The notes below the pieces were generated by a model that made no database searches, was not told the DNA's origin, and saw only the letters and a list, made by a program, of their open reading frames with translations. Shown here piece after piece: positions 29,449 to 39,760 of a DNA stretch of 64,000 nucleotides (position 1 is its first letter; every line of letters begins with the position of its first letter). The stretch spans positions 72,052-136,051 of the forward strand of contig JAEUQT010000002.1 in the NCBI GenBank assembly GCA_016789445.1. The letters run 5' to 3'. A program made the position numbers and the translations under genes. This stretch comes from a bacterium (GTDB taxonomy: Bacteria; Patescibacteriota; Minisyncoccia; Phycocordibacterales; UBA2100).

Positions 29449-30225
29449 CTATTCCGCTTTCTGTAGCGCCCACCATTGTTTCAGGGAAAGCGATTCATCC
29501 TTCGCATATCGCGAATCCTTGAGAAATAGTTCTTCTGCGATCATGCGAATGTGCGGCACCGATTGTTGGTGTTCTGTATATTCGCTGAAATTGTATATCT
29601 TGCGATAGAAGTGCCACTGACTGAGGCTGCGTTTCAGATTTGCTTTAAGGAATGAGAGCGTCCATTGCATGTCGTCGAGAAGAAGGTAGCCACCTGGCTT
29701 GAGAAGCCTATCTGCAAGGAGTATTGCTGGCAGATCGATATAGAACGTATGGTGACCATCGATATAGATCACTTCGTATTGTTCTCCGGATTTCAGCATC
29801 TCAAACAGAGTCCATGCATAGGTTCCAGTAGAGTTTGGTGCAAAACGGATCCGTGTCTGATCTATCTCTTTTAACGCGAGCTCCACTTCGTGACTTTTAC
29901 ACACGCTCTCGAAATCGCAGCCAACATACGAGATGTCCATATCGCGCATGAGCGCGAAGCGTTCAGCGCGAGGGAATTCACCGATACCGACCTCGAGGAA
30001 TTTCCCTCCAGGAATGCGAGCAAGAATTTCACAGATGCGGTCTTCTTTACGCCCGCGAGGGTCATCAGCGAGCGTGTCAATTGCGGGAGAAGCGGTGTGT
30101 CGTACCTTGAATGCAAGCCATAGTGGCAGGTGTGCAAGATGGGCGATTTTCTTCCCTATACGTGTCCGGAGCCAGATAAGGGCACGTTTCGGGCCCAGGG
30201 AGATAACTCGTTGGATGGATTTCAT
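29449..30225 (-). CDS. Class I SAM-dependent methyltransferase
   Basis: 258 aa with FLEVGIGEF (motif I) and an acidic motif II downstream. Confidence 0.5.
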   Translation of the reverse strand: MKSIQRVISLGPKRALIWLRTRIGKKIAHLAHLPLWLAFKVRHTASPAIDTLADDPRGRKEDRICEILARIPGGKFLEVGIGEFPRAERFALMRDMDISYVGCDFESVCKSHEVELALKEIDQTRIRFAPNSTGTYAWTLFEMLKSGEQYEVIYIDGHHTFYIDLPAILLADRLLKPGGYLLLDDMQWTLSFLKANLKRSLSQWHFYRKIYNFSEYTEHQQSVPHIRMIAEELFLKDSRYAKDESLSLKQWWALQKAE

Positions 30226-30298
30226 GCCGGTGGCTCCGGTATTCTCTCATGCCCCGAATTTCGCGCCACCCCGACACTGAGTGCTATAATCCTGTCCT

Positions 30299-31444
30299 GT
30301 GGAACCTGACGAGTCACATGCGATGAGTGCCGTGCCGGCGAGCGAGAAAAAATGGTTTTTCATCGCGTACCTCTTCTGCATATGTGCGATAGGAATCGGG
30401 GCAGCTTTGATACTGCCGCGCGTTATGGACGGTGATGCGGTTGGGTATGCACATGCCATACAGGTGTACCAGGGAACCATACAGCTCCATATCCCGCCGG
30501 GTCTCACCGAGAATACTCTTGATGTTGTTGCTGCACACCGCATCCTCACGACGTTTCTCGGTATAGAGGCTGTTCGTATCTTCTCGGAAATCTTCGGCTC
30601 CTTGATCGGAGGGTGGATGATATGGAATACCCTCCTCTTTTTCGGTGTATCGATAGTGTTTTATCGTCTCTTAGAACGTTTTTTCCAAAGCGCTAAAGTC
30701 GCATTCGTGGGCGGTCTTTTCTTGGCGGGGAACTATTCGGTGGTGGCTCAAGGCCTCGCGCTCTTTATGGATATGGGCGGCTGGTTCTTCTATCTGCTCT
30801 CGATCTACTGGCTCTACCGATATATCGAATCAGAGCGGTATCGTGACGTGTTTTTCGCCGCATTGGCGATAGCGATAGGCGGTTTCTTTAAAGAGAATTC
30901 GTTCGTCGCGTTCATTCCGATTGGGCTCGTGCTTCTCTATGAGAACTATCGAACTCCTTTTCGCTATTTGAAACGAGTTGTTCCACTCGGCCTGTTGGTG
31001 GTGGTTCCCATGGCGATTCTCCACATCGGCGTCTATCTCAAATACGGATACGTCTACACGTACTGGATCCGCCTGGCGGGCACTTTCGTCTACCCGTCTA
31101 TCATCGTCGAGTACATTAAAAGTTTCGGATCGCTCTTGAATTTCCTGGTCCCGGTTGCATTGGCGGGGGCGATAATTTTCCTTCGCGGCGGATATCCTAT
31201 TGATGCGAAACGCAAGATATTCCTCGGCGGAGTCGTGCTTTCAACGATTCCTGCGGTGATGTGGCCGGCTATAACCCAGCGCGTTCTTTTCTTGGTTGTG
31301 CCATGGGTGATCATTCTTGCTGGATTCTGCATCAAACGATACGAACGCTACTGGTATGCATTTCTGCCGATTCTTGCCGTATATATTCTTGCGGCGTTCA
31401 CCATGGACTCGTTTATTCTCGATTTCGTGAATCTGCCGATCTGA
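30299..31444 (+). CDS. Polytopic integral membrane protein (possible GT-C-like glycosyltransferase or polymerase)
   Basis: 381 aa with about 10 hydrophobic segments and no recognisable soluble domain. Located in the glycan operon. Confidence 0.4.
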   Translation: MEPDESHAMSAVPASEKKWFFIAYLFCICAIGIGAALILPRVMDGDAVGYAHAIQVYQGTIQLHIPPGLTENTLDVVAAHRILTTFLGIEAVRIFSEIFGSLIGGWMIWNTLLFFGVSIVFYRLLERFFQSAKVAFVGGLFLAGNYSVVAQGLALFMDMGGWFFYLLSIYWLYRYIESERYRDVFFAALAIAIGGFFKENSFVAFIPIGLVLLYENYRTPFRYLKRVVPLGLLVVVPMAILHIGVYLKYGYVYTYWIRLAGTFVYPSIIVEYIKSFGSLLNFLVPVALAGAIIFLRGGYPIDAKRKIFLGGVVLSTIPAVMWPAITQRVLFLVVPWVIILAGFCIKRYERYWYAFLPILAVYILAAFTMDSFILDFVNLPI

Positions 31445-31446
31445 AC

Positions 31447-32541
31447 ATGAAGCCTACTGTGCATCTCGCGTATACGGCTCCTTTTGGACCCACACTGGTA
31501 CGGCGGGGGATCGATAAGGCATTGCGTCTTGCGCATCTTCCGCCGCTCTATCGAAGTGGTCAGGATTTCTTAATACCGTGGCAGCATCCGATTCGTGCGC
31601 CGCACAGCATCACGTACCAACTCTTGCACGCGATCCGGGATCGAGGATACCCTGTGCGACTCTATAGTCTGTATGAGCACGGAGTGGCACCAATGAAAAA
31701 AGGGGATATATTCATCGGCCAGCCGCTGCCTAGTAAGGGAATGGGGCAGAGGCGATCGCTTGACGACGATCCGCTTTCAGTTACTTCGCGAACGTTGCGC
31801 GAATTTCCCAGTCCAAGAAATTTTATACTGATGCCATACGCTCACGATACTGAATATTCCACGTTCGCGAAAAAGCTTATCGCTGAAAATAATGCTACTG
31901 GAGGAGGTGCGATATTCATCGGCGGCGATATCTGGCAGCGGGACTGGGAAACGAAATCGCCGTATGCGGATCTCGGTCACTTGCGAAAAACACATATAAC
32001 TGCAATGGGTATCGATCCGGCCGAATATCCTCTTGTAAAAAAAAGCTTCAATCAGAAAGGAAAGCGACGATATCTATATATAGGGCATACAGCCTGGTAT
32101 AAGAACACCGCTGAATTAGAGAGAATTGCAGAACGAATGCCTCAGTTTGAATTTGGACATATCGGAGGAGGGTCGGTACGAGGGTGGAAAAAGATAGCGG
32201 ATTTCGCGACTCTGACACCTGCATACATGGCTCGTCTTGCTAAGGAATATGACATATTTGTTACTGTGAGTACCGCTGATCCTCAAGCTACTACTATCGT
32301 TGAACAGATGTGTTTCGGATTGGCGGTTGCGTGCACCTCTGAGACCGGGTATGAGTATGACACAGTCACGCGATTGTTTACCGCTGATACGGATGCGAAC
32401 GTGCGAATACTCACTGCTCTCCAAGACTTGGAAGAAGACGAGCTCATTTCATTAGCTCGGCAGAACCGCGAAATTGTTGAAAAAAAACATAGCTGGCAAC
32501 AGTTCGTGAGCTGCGTTCTCGATTTTGCTGGAGTGGCTTAG
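31447..32541 (+). CDS. Hypothetical protein, possible glycosyltransferase
   Basis: 364 aa starting at MKPTVHLAYT, 3 bp after the previous stop. The C-terminal half loosely resembles a GT-B C-domain (YLYIGHTAWYKNTAEL). Confidence 0.35.
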   Translation: MKPTVHLAYTAPFGPTLVRRGIDKALRLAHLPPLYRSGQDFLIPWQHPIRAPHSITYQLLHAIRDRGYPVRLYSLYEHGVAPMKKGDIFIGQPLPSKGMGQRRSLDDDPLSVTSRTLREFPSPRNFILMPYAHDTEYSTFAKKLIAENNATGGGAIFIGGDIWQRDWETKSPYADLGHLRKTHITAMGIDPAEYPLVKKSFNQKGKRRYLYIGHTAWYKNTAELERIAERMPQFEFGHIGGGSVRGWKKIADFATLTPAYMARLAKEYDIFVTVSTADPQATTIVEQMCFGLAVACTSETGYEYDTVTRLFTADTDANVRILTALQDLEEDELISLARQNREIVEKKHSWQQFVSCVLDFAGVA

Positions 32542-32583
32542 TATTGACAGTGCCTCTAGACCCGTCGATGATTCACATACCAT

Positions 32584-33186
32584 ATGACTGCCGACAGGAA
32601 TACAGCTTTCATCAATTCCGCAATGAAGAGCGTAGGCAAGAGGAAAGGTGTGGTTCTGGATGTTGGAGGAGGGGAGCGGTTCGGGAAATGGCTCTCACGA
32701 TACAAGAGTGAATTTGAGGGTTGCGATTACAAGACGTTCGATTACGATGCATCGACGGGGGCTGACATCGTCGGGGACATCCACAAGATGCCGATCGCTG
32801 ATGGGTTCTGTGATGCGATCATTTGTTCCTCTGTTCTTGAGCATGTGCGAGATCCTCTGACTGCAATGTCGGAGCTTCGACGCATCCTTAAAGACGGCGG
32901 GAAGATATTCCTGTATGTCCCTTCGATATACCCCTATCACGCACGCAAAGGGCACTATCCTGATTACTGGCGGTTCTTTGATGACACACTGTTGGAGCTC
33001 TTCAAGGGATTTTCTGATGTGCGAATCGAGAAGCGAGGAGGATATTTCTTCGCGCTCTCGTTCTTTGTCCCGATGCAGCACAAGATGCGATGGTTCTTGA
33101 ACCCTGTCGCTGACCTTCTCGATCGGCTATTTCAGACTGAAAAGCGCACAACCACCTCCGGATATTACGTATTGGCTACGAAGTAG
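32584..33186 (+). CDS. Class I SAM-dependent methyltransferase (Methyltransf_11-like)
   Basis: [11 protein letters not shown] motif [10 protein letters not shown] and [10 protein letters not shown] downstream motifs. 200 aa. Confidence 0.55.
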   Translation: MTADRNTAFINSAMKSVGKRKGVVLDVGGGERFGKWLSRYKSEFEGCDYKTFDYDASTGADIVGDIHKMPIADGFCDAIICSSVLEHVRDPLTAMSELRRILKDGGKIFLYVPSIYPYHARKGHYPDYWRFFDDTLLELFKGFSDVRIEKRGGYFFALSFFVPMQHKMRWFLNPVADLLDRLFQTEKRTTTSGYYVLATK

Positions 33187-34108
33187 CGGTTTCAGCGAAC
33201 CATCGATAGGTATCGACGAGGCCTTGAGGAAGCGCAATGGCGTGGCGCCAGCCGAGGGAGTGTATTTTGCTAACATCGAGGCGTTTGCGAGGGGTGCCGT
33301 CGGGTTTTGAGGTGTCCCAGACGATATCGCCATTGTAGCCAATCGTGGTCTTGATGAGTTCGGCCAATTCCTTGATGGTCACGTCTTCGCCGGTGCCGAC
33401 ATTGATGATCGAAGGATCGTTGTAGGTCTCCATAAGAAAGACGCAGGCACTGCCCATATCGTCGACATGGAGGAATTCGCGCATGGGGGCGCCGCTGCCC
33501 CAGACAGTGACTGAGGGCGCATTCGACACTTTTGCTTCATGGAAGCGGCGCAAAAGGGCGGGGAGGACGTGGGCGCGTTCGAGGTCGAAGTTGTCGTTCG
33601 GGCCGTACAGGTTGGTCGGCATGACGGAGATGAAATTCGAACCGTACTGGCGACGGTAGGCATTACACATCTCAATGCCGGCGATCTTGGCGATCGCGTA
33701 GGCGCTATTGGTATCCTCGAGTGGGCCGGTCATGAGGTATTCCTCCTTGATCGGCTGGGGGGCCATCTTCGGATAGATACAGGAGCTGCCGAGGAAAAGG
33801 AGTTTTTTCACGTCGCTTGCATGGGATTGATGGATGACGTTGGTCTGCACGACGAGGTTCTCGCGGATGAAATCAGCGGGGTAGGTATTGTTGGCCATGA
33901 TGCCGCCCACGCGTGCCGCCGCCAGAAAGACATACTCAGGCTTTTCTTTCTCGAAGAAGTCGCGTACTGCCTCGGCGTCCATGAGTTCAAGCTCCGCATG
34001 GGTTCGAGTAATGATATTGGTATATCCCTTGCGCGTCAGTTCACGCACGATGGCGGAGCCCACAAGGCCGCGATGACCGGCCACGAAAATCTTTGAATTC
34101 TTTTCCAT
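33176..34108 (-). CDS. fcl: GDP-L-fucose synthase (GDP-4-keto-6-deoxy-D-mannose 3,5-epimerase/4-reductase)
   Basis: [34 protein letters not shown] and LYGPNDNFD are highly characteristic of Fcl/WcaG. The start is taken as [11 protein letters not shown]. Confidence 0.85.
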   Translation of the reverse strand: MEKNSKIFVAGHRGLVGSAIVRELTRKGYTNIITRTHAELELMDAEAVRDFFEKEKPEYVFLAAARVGGIMANNTYPADFIRENLVVQTNVIHQSHASDVKKLLFLGSSCIYPKMAPQPIKEEYLMTGPLEDTNSAYAIAKIAGIEMCNAYRRQYGSNFISVMPTNLYGPNDNFDLERAHVLPALLRRFHEAKVSNAPSVTVWGSGAPMREFLHVDDMGSACVFLMETYNDPSIINVGTGEDVTIKELAELIKTTIGYNGDIVWDTSKPDGTPRKRLDVSKIHSLGWRHAIALPQGLVDTYRWFAETATS

Positions 34109-34109
34109 G

Positions 34110-34582
34110 CTATTTGAGGGCACGCAGGGCACCTTCGATGCGTGCTTTCACGTTCGGATGCAGGGAAGGGTCGTCGATCGAAAACCACTGCATCTCGCTG
34201 TGTTGGCTATCCGCATCCGCTTTCTCATCGGCGAGCGTACAGGCGAAGTATACATCCACGGTATGGTAATTCACGCCGTCGAATATCGATGCAGGATTGA
34301 TCTCGTTGATAATGCCGCTGAAGACGAGGTCAGAAGCAGTGCGATCAAGACCGAGTTCTTCTTTGGCGATGCGGCAAGCTGCTTGGACGAGGTCTTCGTT
34401 CTTGTAGAGGCGACCACCGAAGCTGTAGAACTTGCCGGCGTAGGGTTCGTTGGTGCGCTTGCCGAGGAGGATCTTGGTCCTGTCGGGATTAAAAAAGAGA
34501 ACATCCACCGTCACGACGGGGAAGTTCTCCATAAGGCGTCGGTATTCTTCAAGAGGGACGCGGCCGACGATCGGGAATTCGC

Positions 34583-34586
<4 letters not shown>
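34110..34586 (-). CDS. gmm: NUDIX hydrolase, GDP-mannose mannosyl hydrolase-like (Gmm/WcaH)
   Basis: 158 aa with a Nudix box ([23 protein letters not shown]). Its position between gmd and fcl is as in colanic-acid-type operons. Confidence 0.7.
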
Positions 34587-35620
<1,034 letters not shown>

Positions 35621-35711
35621 GGTGGTAGCCAGTGCATGGTAGCTGTGGCGCCCGCATTCCGCAAGGAAAACCTCTTGCATCTCAAGTGGGTGAGGGGCAT
35701 ACTTCCGTATC

Positions 35712-36503
35712 ATGAAGAAAACGAAGACCGTCTCTGAGAAGTGGGTTGCTGTCTCGGGAGGGTTCGATCCTATTCATATCGGGCATGTGCGCATGATGCA
35801 GGCGGCCCGCAAGCTGGGGGATAGGCTCCTCGTCATCCTCAATAACGACCACTGGCTGCGCGACAAGAAGGGTTTTGCCTTTATGCCGCAGAAGGAGAAG
35901 GTGGAGCTCCTCAAATCATTCCCGTTCGTCGACAAGGTGGTGCTCACCGATCACAAGCCAGGCGACCAAGATCGCAGTGTCTCGCGCACACTCCGCAAGG
36001 TGAAGCCGCACATCTTCGCGAACGGCGGCGATCGCGGCAAGGGCAATACGCCGGAGATGGATGTCTGCAAGGATCTCGGTATCACGATGCGTTTCAATGT
36101 CGGGAAGGGCGGTAAAGTGCAGTCTTCCTCGTGGATGATCAATGCCTCAAGTCGTGAGGTGCGCCGGAGCGTGCGCCCCTGGGGCGAGTTCTACGGATGG
36201 GACAGCGGTCAGGGCTGGTATCTGAAGACGCTCTACGTGAATCCGAATAGCCGCCTCTCGCTCCAGTATCACCATCACCGCTCCGAGCGTTGGGTCTTGG
36301 TGCAGGGCGATGCGACCGCGGTCACGATCGAAAAGGGAAAGGAGAAGAAGACCAAACTCAAGGTGGGTGAGACCTTCATCGTGCCGAAAAGAATGCCGCA
36401 CCGCCTCACTTCCAAGAATGGCGGTACGCTCGTGGAGGTCGCGGTCGGCAATTTTGATGAAAACGACATCGTACGCCTCCAGGACGACCACGGTCGCGTG
36501 TAG
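35712..36503 (+). CDS. Fusion: cytidylyltransferase-like nucleotidyltransferase + C-terminal cupin (mannose-6-P isomerase type II C-domain-like)
   Basis: The N-terminus has [12 protein letters not shown], the HxGH nucleotidyltransferase motif. The C-terminus has [20 protein letters not shown] cupin motifs. It is divergent from gmd. Confidence 0.5.
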   Translation: MKKTKTVSEKWVAVSGGFDPIHIGHVRMMQAARKLGDRLLVILNNDHWLRDKKGFAFMPQKEKVELLKSFPFVDKVVLTDHKPGDQDRSVSRTLRKVKPHIFANGGDRGKGNTPEMDVCKDLGITMRFNVGKGGKVQSSSWMINASSREVRRSVRPWGEFYGWDSGQGWYLKTLYVNPNSRLSLQYHHHRSERWVLVQGDATAVTIEKGKEKKTKLKVGETFIVPKRMPHRLTSKNGGTLVEVAVGNFDENDIVRLQDDHGRV

Positions 36504-36515
36504 TACAATCTTCCT

Positions 36516-38699
36516 ATGGCGCTGGAGAAATTCCTTCGCGGCGTAGCTCTGACGGGAGTATTCGCGCTCCCGTTCGTCGTGTTGTACGTCGCGAATTCCA
36601 TGTTCTTCCCGTTCATTACGGGGAAGAACTTCGCATTCCGCATCATTACCGAGATCGTCTTCGGCGCGTGGCTTGCGCTCGCCTTCATCCGATCCGAATA
36701 CCGACCGCGTAATTCGTGGCTCCTCTGGGCATTCGCGGCATTCGTCGCAGTAATTGGTATCGCTGATATCTTCGGCGTCTACCCAATGAAGAGTATCTGG
36801 AGCAACTACGAGCGCATGGATGGCTGGGTGACCCTGGTGCACCTCTTTGCCTACTTCGTCGCAGCAACCTCGATCCTCAATACGGAGAAACTCTGGCGGG
36901 CATGGTGGCACACCTCGCTCGCAGTATCCGTCGTCGTGGCGTTCATCGGTATCTTCCAATTCATGGGTTTTGTCGGCATCAATCAGGGCTCGACCCGTTT
37001 GGATGCTCGCCTCGGCAACGCAACCTACGCGGCCGTCTACATGCTCTTCCATGTCTTTATCGCGGCGCTCTTTATGGCGCGGCTGTGGGCAGAGAAGGCG
37101 AAGGATAAGGGCTTCTACACCTGGCTCTACGCTTCGATAATTGCCGTCGATTCGTTCGTGCTCTTCTTCTCGGGTACACGCGGTGCCATCCTCGGCATCT
37201 TGGGCGGTGCAATGCTTTCCGCACTCATCCTTATCGTACTTGCGCCGCGTTCGCGTGTCGCATGGCGTGCGGGAACGGCGATCGGCATCTTCCTCGTCGT
37301 CGCGGGCGGTTTCTGGCTCGTGAAGGACCAGGCGTGGGTCCAGAAGATCGAGCCCTTGCACCGTATCGCCACCTTGAATAACGACGGCATCACCATCGCG
37401 CGCGTCCTTAACGCGCAGATGGCGTGGGAAGGCTTCAAGGAGCGCCCGATCCTGGGGTGGGGCCAAGAGAACTACGCGGTTGTCTTCGATAAGAATTATC
37501 TTCCAGCAATGTATGCGCAGGAGCAGTGGTTTGATCGTACGCACAACATCGTGATGGACTGGCTCATCGCCGGCGGCATCTTGGGTCTCTTGGGCTATCT
37601 CTCGCTCTATCTTTTCTCGCTTCTCATGGTCTGGCGATCAGGTGCGTTTGCGCCGTATGAAAAGGCGCTCCTCACCGGTTTCTTTGCGGCGTATTTCTTC
37701 TATCTCGTATTCACGTTCGATAATCTCCTCAGCTATCTTCTCTTCGCATCGATGCTTGCGTATATCACCGTGCGAGCGCAATCGGTGCAGCCACGAGAAC
37801 GCATCGCGGGGCCAGTTGATCCGAAGTATCTTCCGATCGTGGCGGTTGTCGTGCTTATCGGTACGTGGGGCATCGGCTGGTATGCAAATGCAAGCATGAT
37901 CAGTGCGAATAGAACGCTCATCCAGGCGATGATGCCACAGCCGCAAGGCGCTGAACGCAACCTGCAGCTCTTCCAGGAGGCGCTCGCGAAGCCGCGCGCC
38001 GGGCATCAGGAGATTCGTGAACAGCTCGCCCAAGCGGCAATGAGTGCGGTCGGTACCGAAGGTATCAGCAACGACGTGAAGCAGCGTTTCCTTCAGCTGG
38101 CGGTCAGCGAACTCGAAAAGCAGATGCAAGAGGCTCCGCTTGCGGCGCGACCGCCGTTCTTCCTCGGCGTCCTTCTTAATCGCGTTGGTGCATATCCGGA
38201 GGCAAAGATCGCGCTCGAGAAAGCACAGGCGCTCTCGCCGCAGAAGCAGGGAATCATGTTCGAGCTTGGATTGAATGCGGAGGCGCGGGGCGCAAAGGAC
38301 GAGGCGCTCGCGATCTTCAAGAAAGCATACGATCTCGCACCTGCGTCGCATGAGGCAAGCATCAATTACGCAACGGCGCTTCTTCGTGCCGGAAAGGATG
38401 CCGAAGCTGATGAGGTATTGAAGCCCATTATCGAGAAGGGGGAGACGAACGATCAGCGCATCGCGGCGGCGTATGCAGGGCGAAATCGTTTCGATACGAT
38501 CGTCGAGATCTGGACTCGATATGTAGAAGTGAATCCCACGGTTCCTGATGCGCGATTCGTACTTGCCGGCGCATACTACTCTGCGGGCAATAAAGAGAAA
38601 GCGATCGAAGTTTTGGAGGAAACGAAGCGCGCCATTCCGTCTGCTGCAGCGCAGGCCGATGGTCTCATTCAGCAGATTCGCACGGGGAATACTCAGTAG
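36516..38699 (+). CDS. O-antigen ligase/Wzy_C-domain polytopic membrane protein with C-terminal TPR repeats
   Basis: 727 aa with about 12 TM helices. It carries the Wzy_C-like motif GTRGAILGILGGAM and a large external loop. The C-terminal ~250 aa are TPR-like helical repeats (EAKIALEKAQALSP..., KDEALAIFKKAYDLAP...). Confidence 0.55.
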   Translation: MALEKFLRGVALTGVFALPFVVLYVANSMFFPFITGKNFAFRIITEIVFGAWLALAFIRSEYRPRNSWLLWAFAAFVAVIGIADIFGVYPMKSIWSNYERMDGWVTLVHLFAYFVAATSILNTEKLWRAWWHTSLAVSVVVAFIGIFQFMGFVGINQGSTRLDARLGNATYAAVYMLFHVFIAALFMARLWAEKAKDKGFYTWLYASIIAVDSFVLFFSGTRGAILGILGGAMLSALILIVLAPRSRVAWRAGTAIGIFLVVAGGFWLVKDQAWVQKIEPLHRIATLNNDGITIARVLNAQMAWEGFKERPILGWGQENYAVVFDKNYLPAMYAQEQWFDRTHNIVMDWLIAGGILGLLGYLSLYLFSLLMVWRSGAFAPYEKALLTGFFAAYFFYLVFTFDNLLSYLLFASMLAYITVRAQSVQPRERIAGPVDPKYLPIVAVVVLIGTWGIGWYANASMISANRTLIQAMMPQPQGAERNLQLFQEALAKPRAGHQEIREQLAQAAMSAVGTEGISNDVKQRFLQLAVSELEKQMQEAPLAARPPFFLGVLLNRVGAYPEAKIALEKAQALSPQKQGIMFELGLNAEARGAKDEALAIFKKAYDLAPASHEASINYATALLRAGKDAEADEVLKPIIEKGETNDQRIAAAYAGRNRFDTIVEIWTRYVEVNPTVPDARFVLAGAYYSAGNKEKAIEVLEETKRAIPSAAAQADGLIQQIRTGNTQ

Positions 38700-38783
38700 C
38701 GCTTGCGTGAATGTGCCTCAGGATTACAATAGTGGAGTGAGTGTCACAAAGTGTGATGCCTTCAAGATCGAAAGTCCGCAGAT

Positions 38784-38806
38784 CCCGCCTTCGGCGGGGT
38801 TTTGCG
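38784..38806 (+). terminator. Candidate intrinsic terminator (CCCGCC-UUCG-GCGGG + U-rich)
   Basis: GC stem with a UUCG tetraloop followed by GTTTTGCG, about 85 nt after the ligase stop. Confidence 0.35.
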
Positions 38807-39019
38807 TTCCTGTACCGCACCCGAGCATTGCTCGGGTTCATTCGTACAGGAACGGAAAACCGGTCGGAGCGGGGTACCCGCATCTGGCGGGTCGCGAGAC
38901 GGGCCCGCGAGCGCTTAGTATTTTGGAGCATGGCGAACAAAATACTTAGCGACACGTGGGTTTTGCGTTATAGGGGATTGCGTTCAATGCGAATAGTTCT
39001 ACACTTGGGAGAGATAAAG

Positions 39020-39338
39020 GACCCACAACGCAGGGCGGCGGCACTCACATTTGACTTTCACTTTTGGAGCTCGCACCCGTCCTGCGCTGTGGGTCTTTTT
39101 TGTTTGGGTGCTCTGTTTGTTGCGTAGAGGTGAATGCGAGCTCCAAAAGCGAAGGGGGTCGGGGAAACTGTAGTTTCCCCGTGGAGGAGATATTTAAGAA
39201 CCGCAGGTTCTTAACGCGTAGCGTTTTGCGTGCTCGCACCCGTCCTGCGCTGTGGGTCTTTTCTCTTTTGAGAAAAGACATGCTGGACGGGTGCGAGCTT
39301 TGCTGCGCTGTCTGCGCTGTGGGTCTTTTTTGTTGAAA
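39020..39338 (+). repeat. Cluster of nested inverted repeats and three copies of CTGCGCTGTGGGTCTTTT(TT)
   Basis: Motif copies at 39081-39101, 39246-39262 (diverged tail) and 39312-39333. The 15-bp stem 39020-34/39081-95 is followed by T6. Perfect 14-bp inverted repeats lie at 39061-74/39136-49 and 39232-45/39285-98. Smaller hairpins sit at 39161-80 and 39194-39214. Confidence 0.55.
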
Positions 39339-39441
39339 GAAAAAACTTCTTCGAAAAAACTTTCAGCCCATTCTTTTTATCGTTACAAAAATATTTTTAT
39401 ACAAACTTTTTTAATCTTTTATTACTTATAAAAAATAAAAG

Positions 39442-39450
39442 TTATCCACA
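39442..39450 (+). promoter_or_regulatory. Perfect DnaA-box-like nonamer TTATCCACA in AT-rich tract
   Basis: Exact match to the E. coli consensus, within a ~200-bp AT-rich region. A single box only. Confidence 0.15.
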
Positions 39451-39583
39451 GAAAAAAATAAAAATGCATGCAATAAAAATAGCGAGTGCAATAATTCAGA
39501 AAACGCATCTGCGATTTTCAATAAGAGCTGATGCGGGTCGAAAGAAAATATTTTACTCCCTAGGGAAAAAGTAAAAAATACTA

Positions 39584-39634
39584 TGGCAAAGAAAAAGAAG
39601 GCAAAGAAGGCAAAGAAGGCAAAGCGCCAGTAGT
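39584..39634 (+). other. Tiny Lys-rich ORF MAKKKKAKKAKKAKRQ built on a 3x tandem 9-bp repeat (AAGAAGGCA)
   Basis: ATG preceded by GGGAAAAAG. It is followed ~50 nt downstream by a strong hairpin terminator. Coding status unknown. Confidence 0.15.
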
Positions 39635-39684
39635 CATTCGCGGCTACGCCGCGACGACCTGGTCTGAGCAATCTTGCTTGAGCC

Positions 39685-39720
39685 GACAATCCCTCCCTCC
39701 GGAGGGATTGTCTTTGTATA
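39685..39720 (+). terminator. Intrinsic terminator-like hairpin (12-bp perfect stem GACAATCCCTCC/GGAGGGATTGTC, 4-nt loop, TTTGTAT tail)
   Basis: Read directly from the sequence. It lies 40 nt upstream of the secA start. Confidence 0.5.
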
Positions 39721-39760
39721 AGCCTGCATATGGGTGCATCGAGGGGTATTTTGAGTTACT

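Noticed and set aside
33539-34096. 185-aa plus-strand ORF
   Set aside because: Antisense to the canonical fcl gene.
36147-37544. 465-aa ORF on the minus strand
   Set aside because: Entirely antisense to the O-antigen-ligase/TPR gene. The translation is Arg/Glu/Asp-rich low complexity typical of shadow ORFs in GC-rich DNA, with no motifs.
38765-38785. GAAAGUCCG string resembling the RNase P RNA P4 consensus
   Set aside because: The partner 3' P4 strand (ACAGAANCCGGCUUA) and CR-II/III elements are not found nearby, so it is probably coincidence. Left for an Rfam scan within the broader ncRNA finding.
39020-39338. Possible CRISPR array from the three CTGCGCTGTGGGTCTTTT copies
   Set aside because: Spacing is irregular (162 and 70 bp) with only three copies, and the repeats end in T-runs and pair with upstream complements, behaving like terminator/REP-like hairpins rather than CRISPR repeats. 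No cas genes.
39442-39450. Replication origin suggested by a perfect DnaA box in an AT-rich tract
   Set aside because: Only one consensus box, and no dnaA/dnaN nearby. More likely a promoter/UP region for secA. Kept only as a low-confidence regulatory feature.
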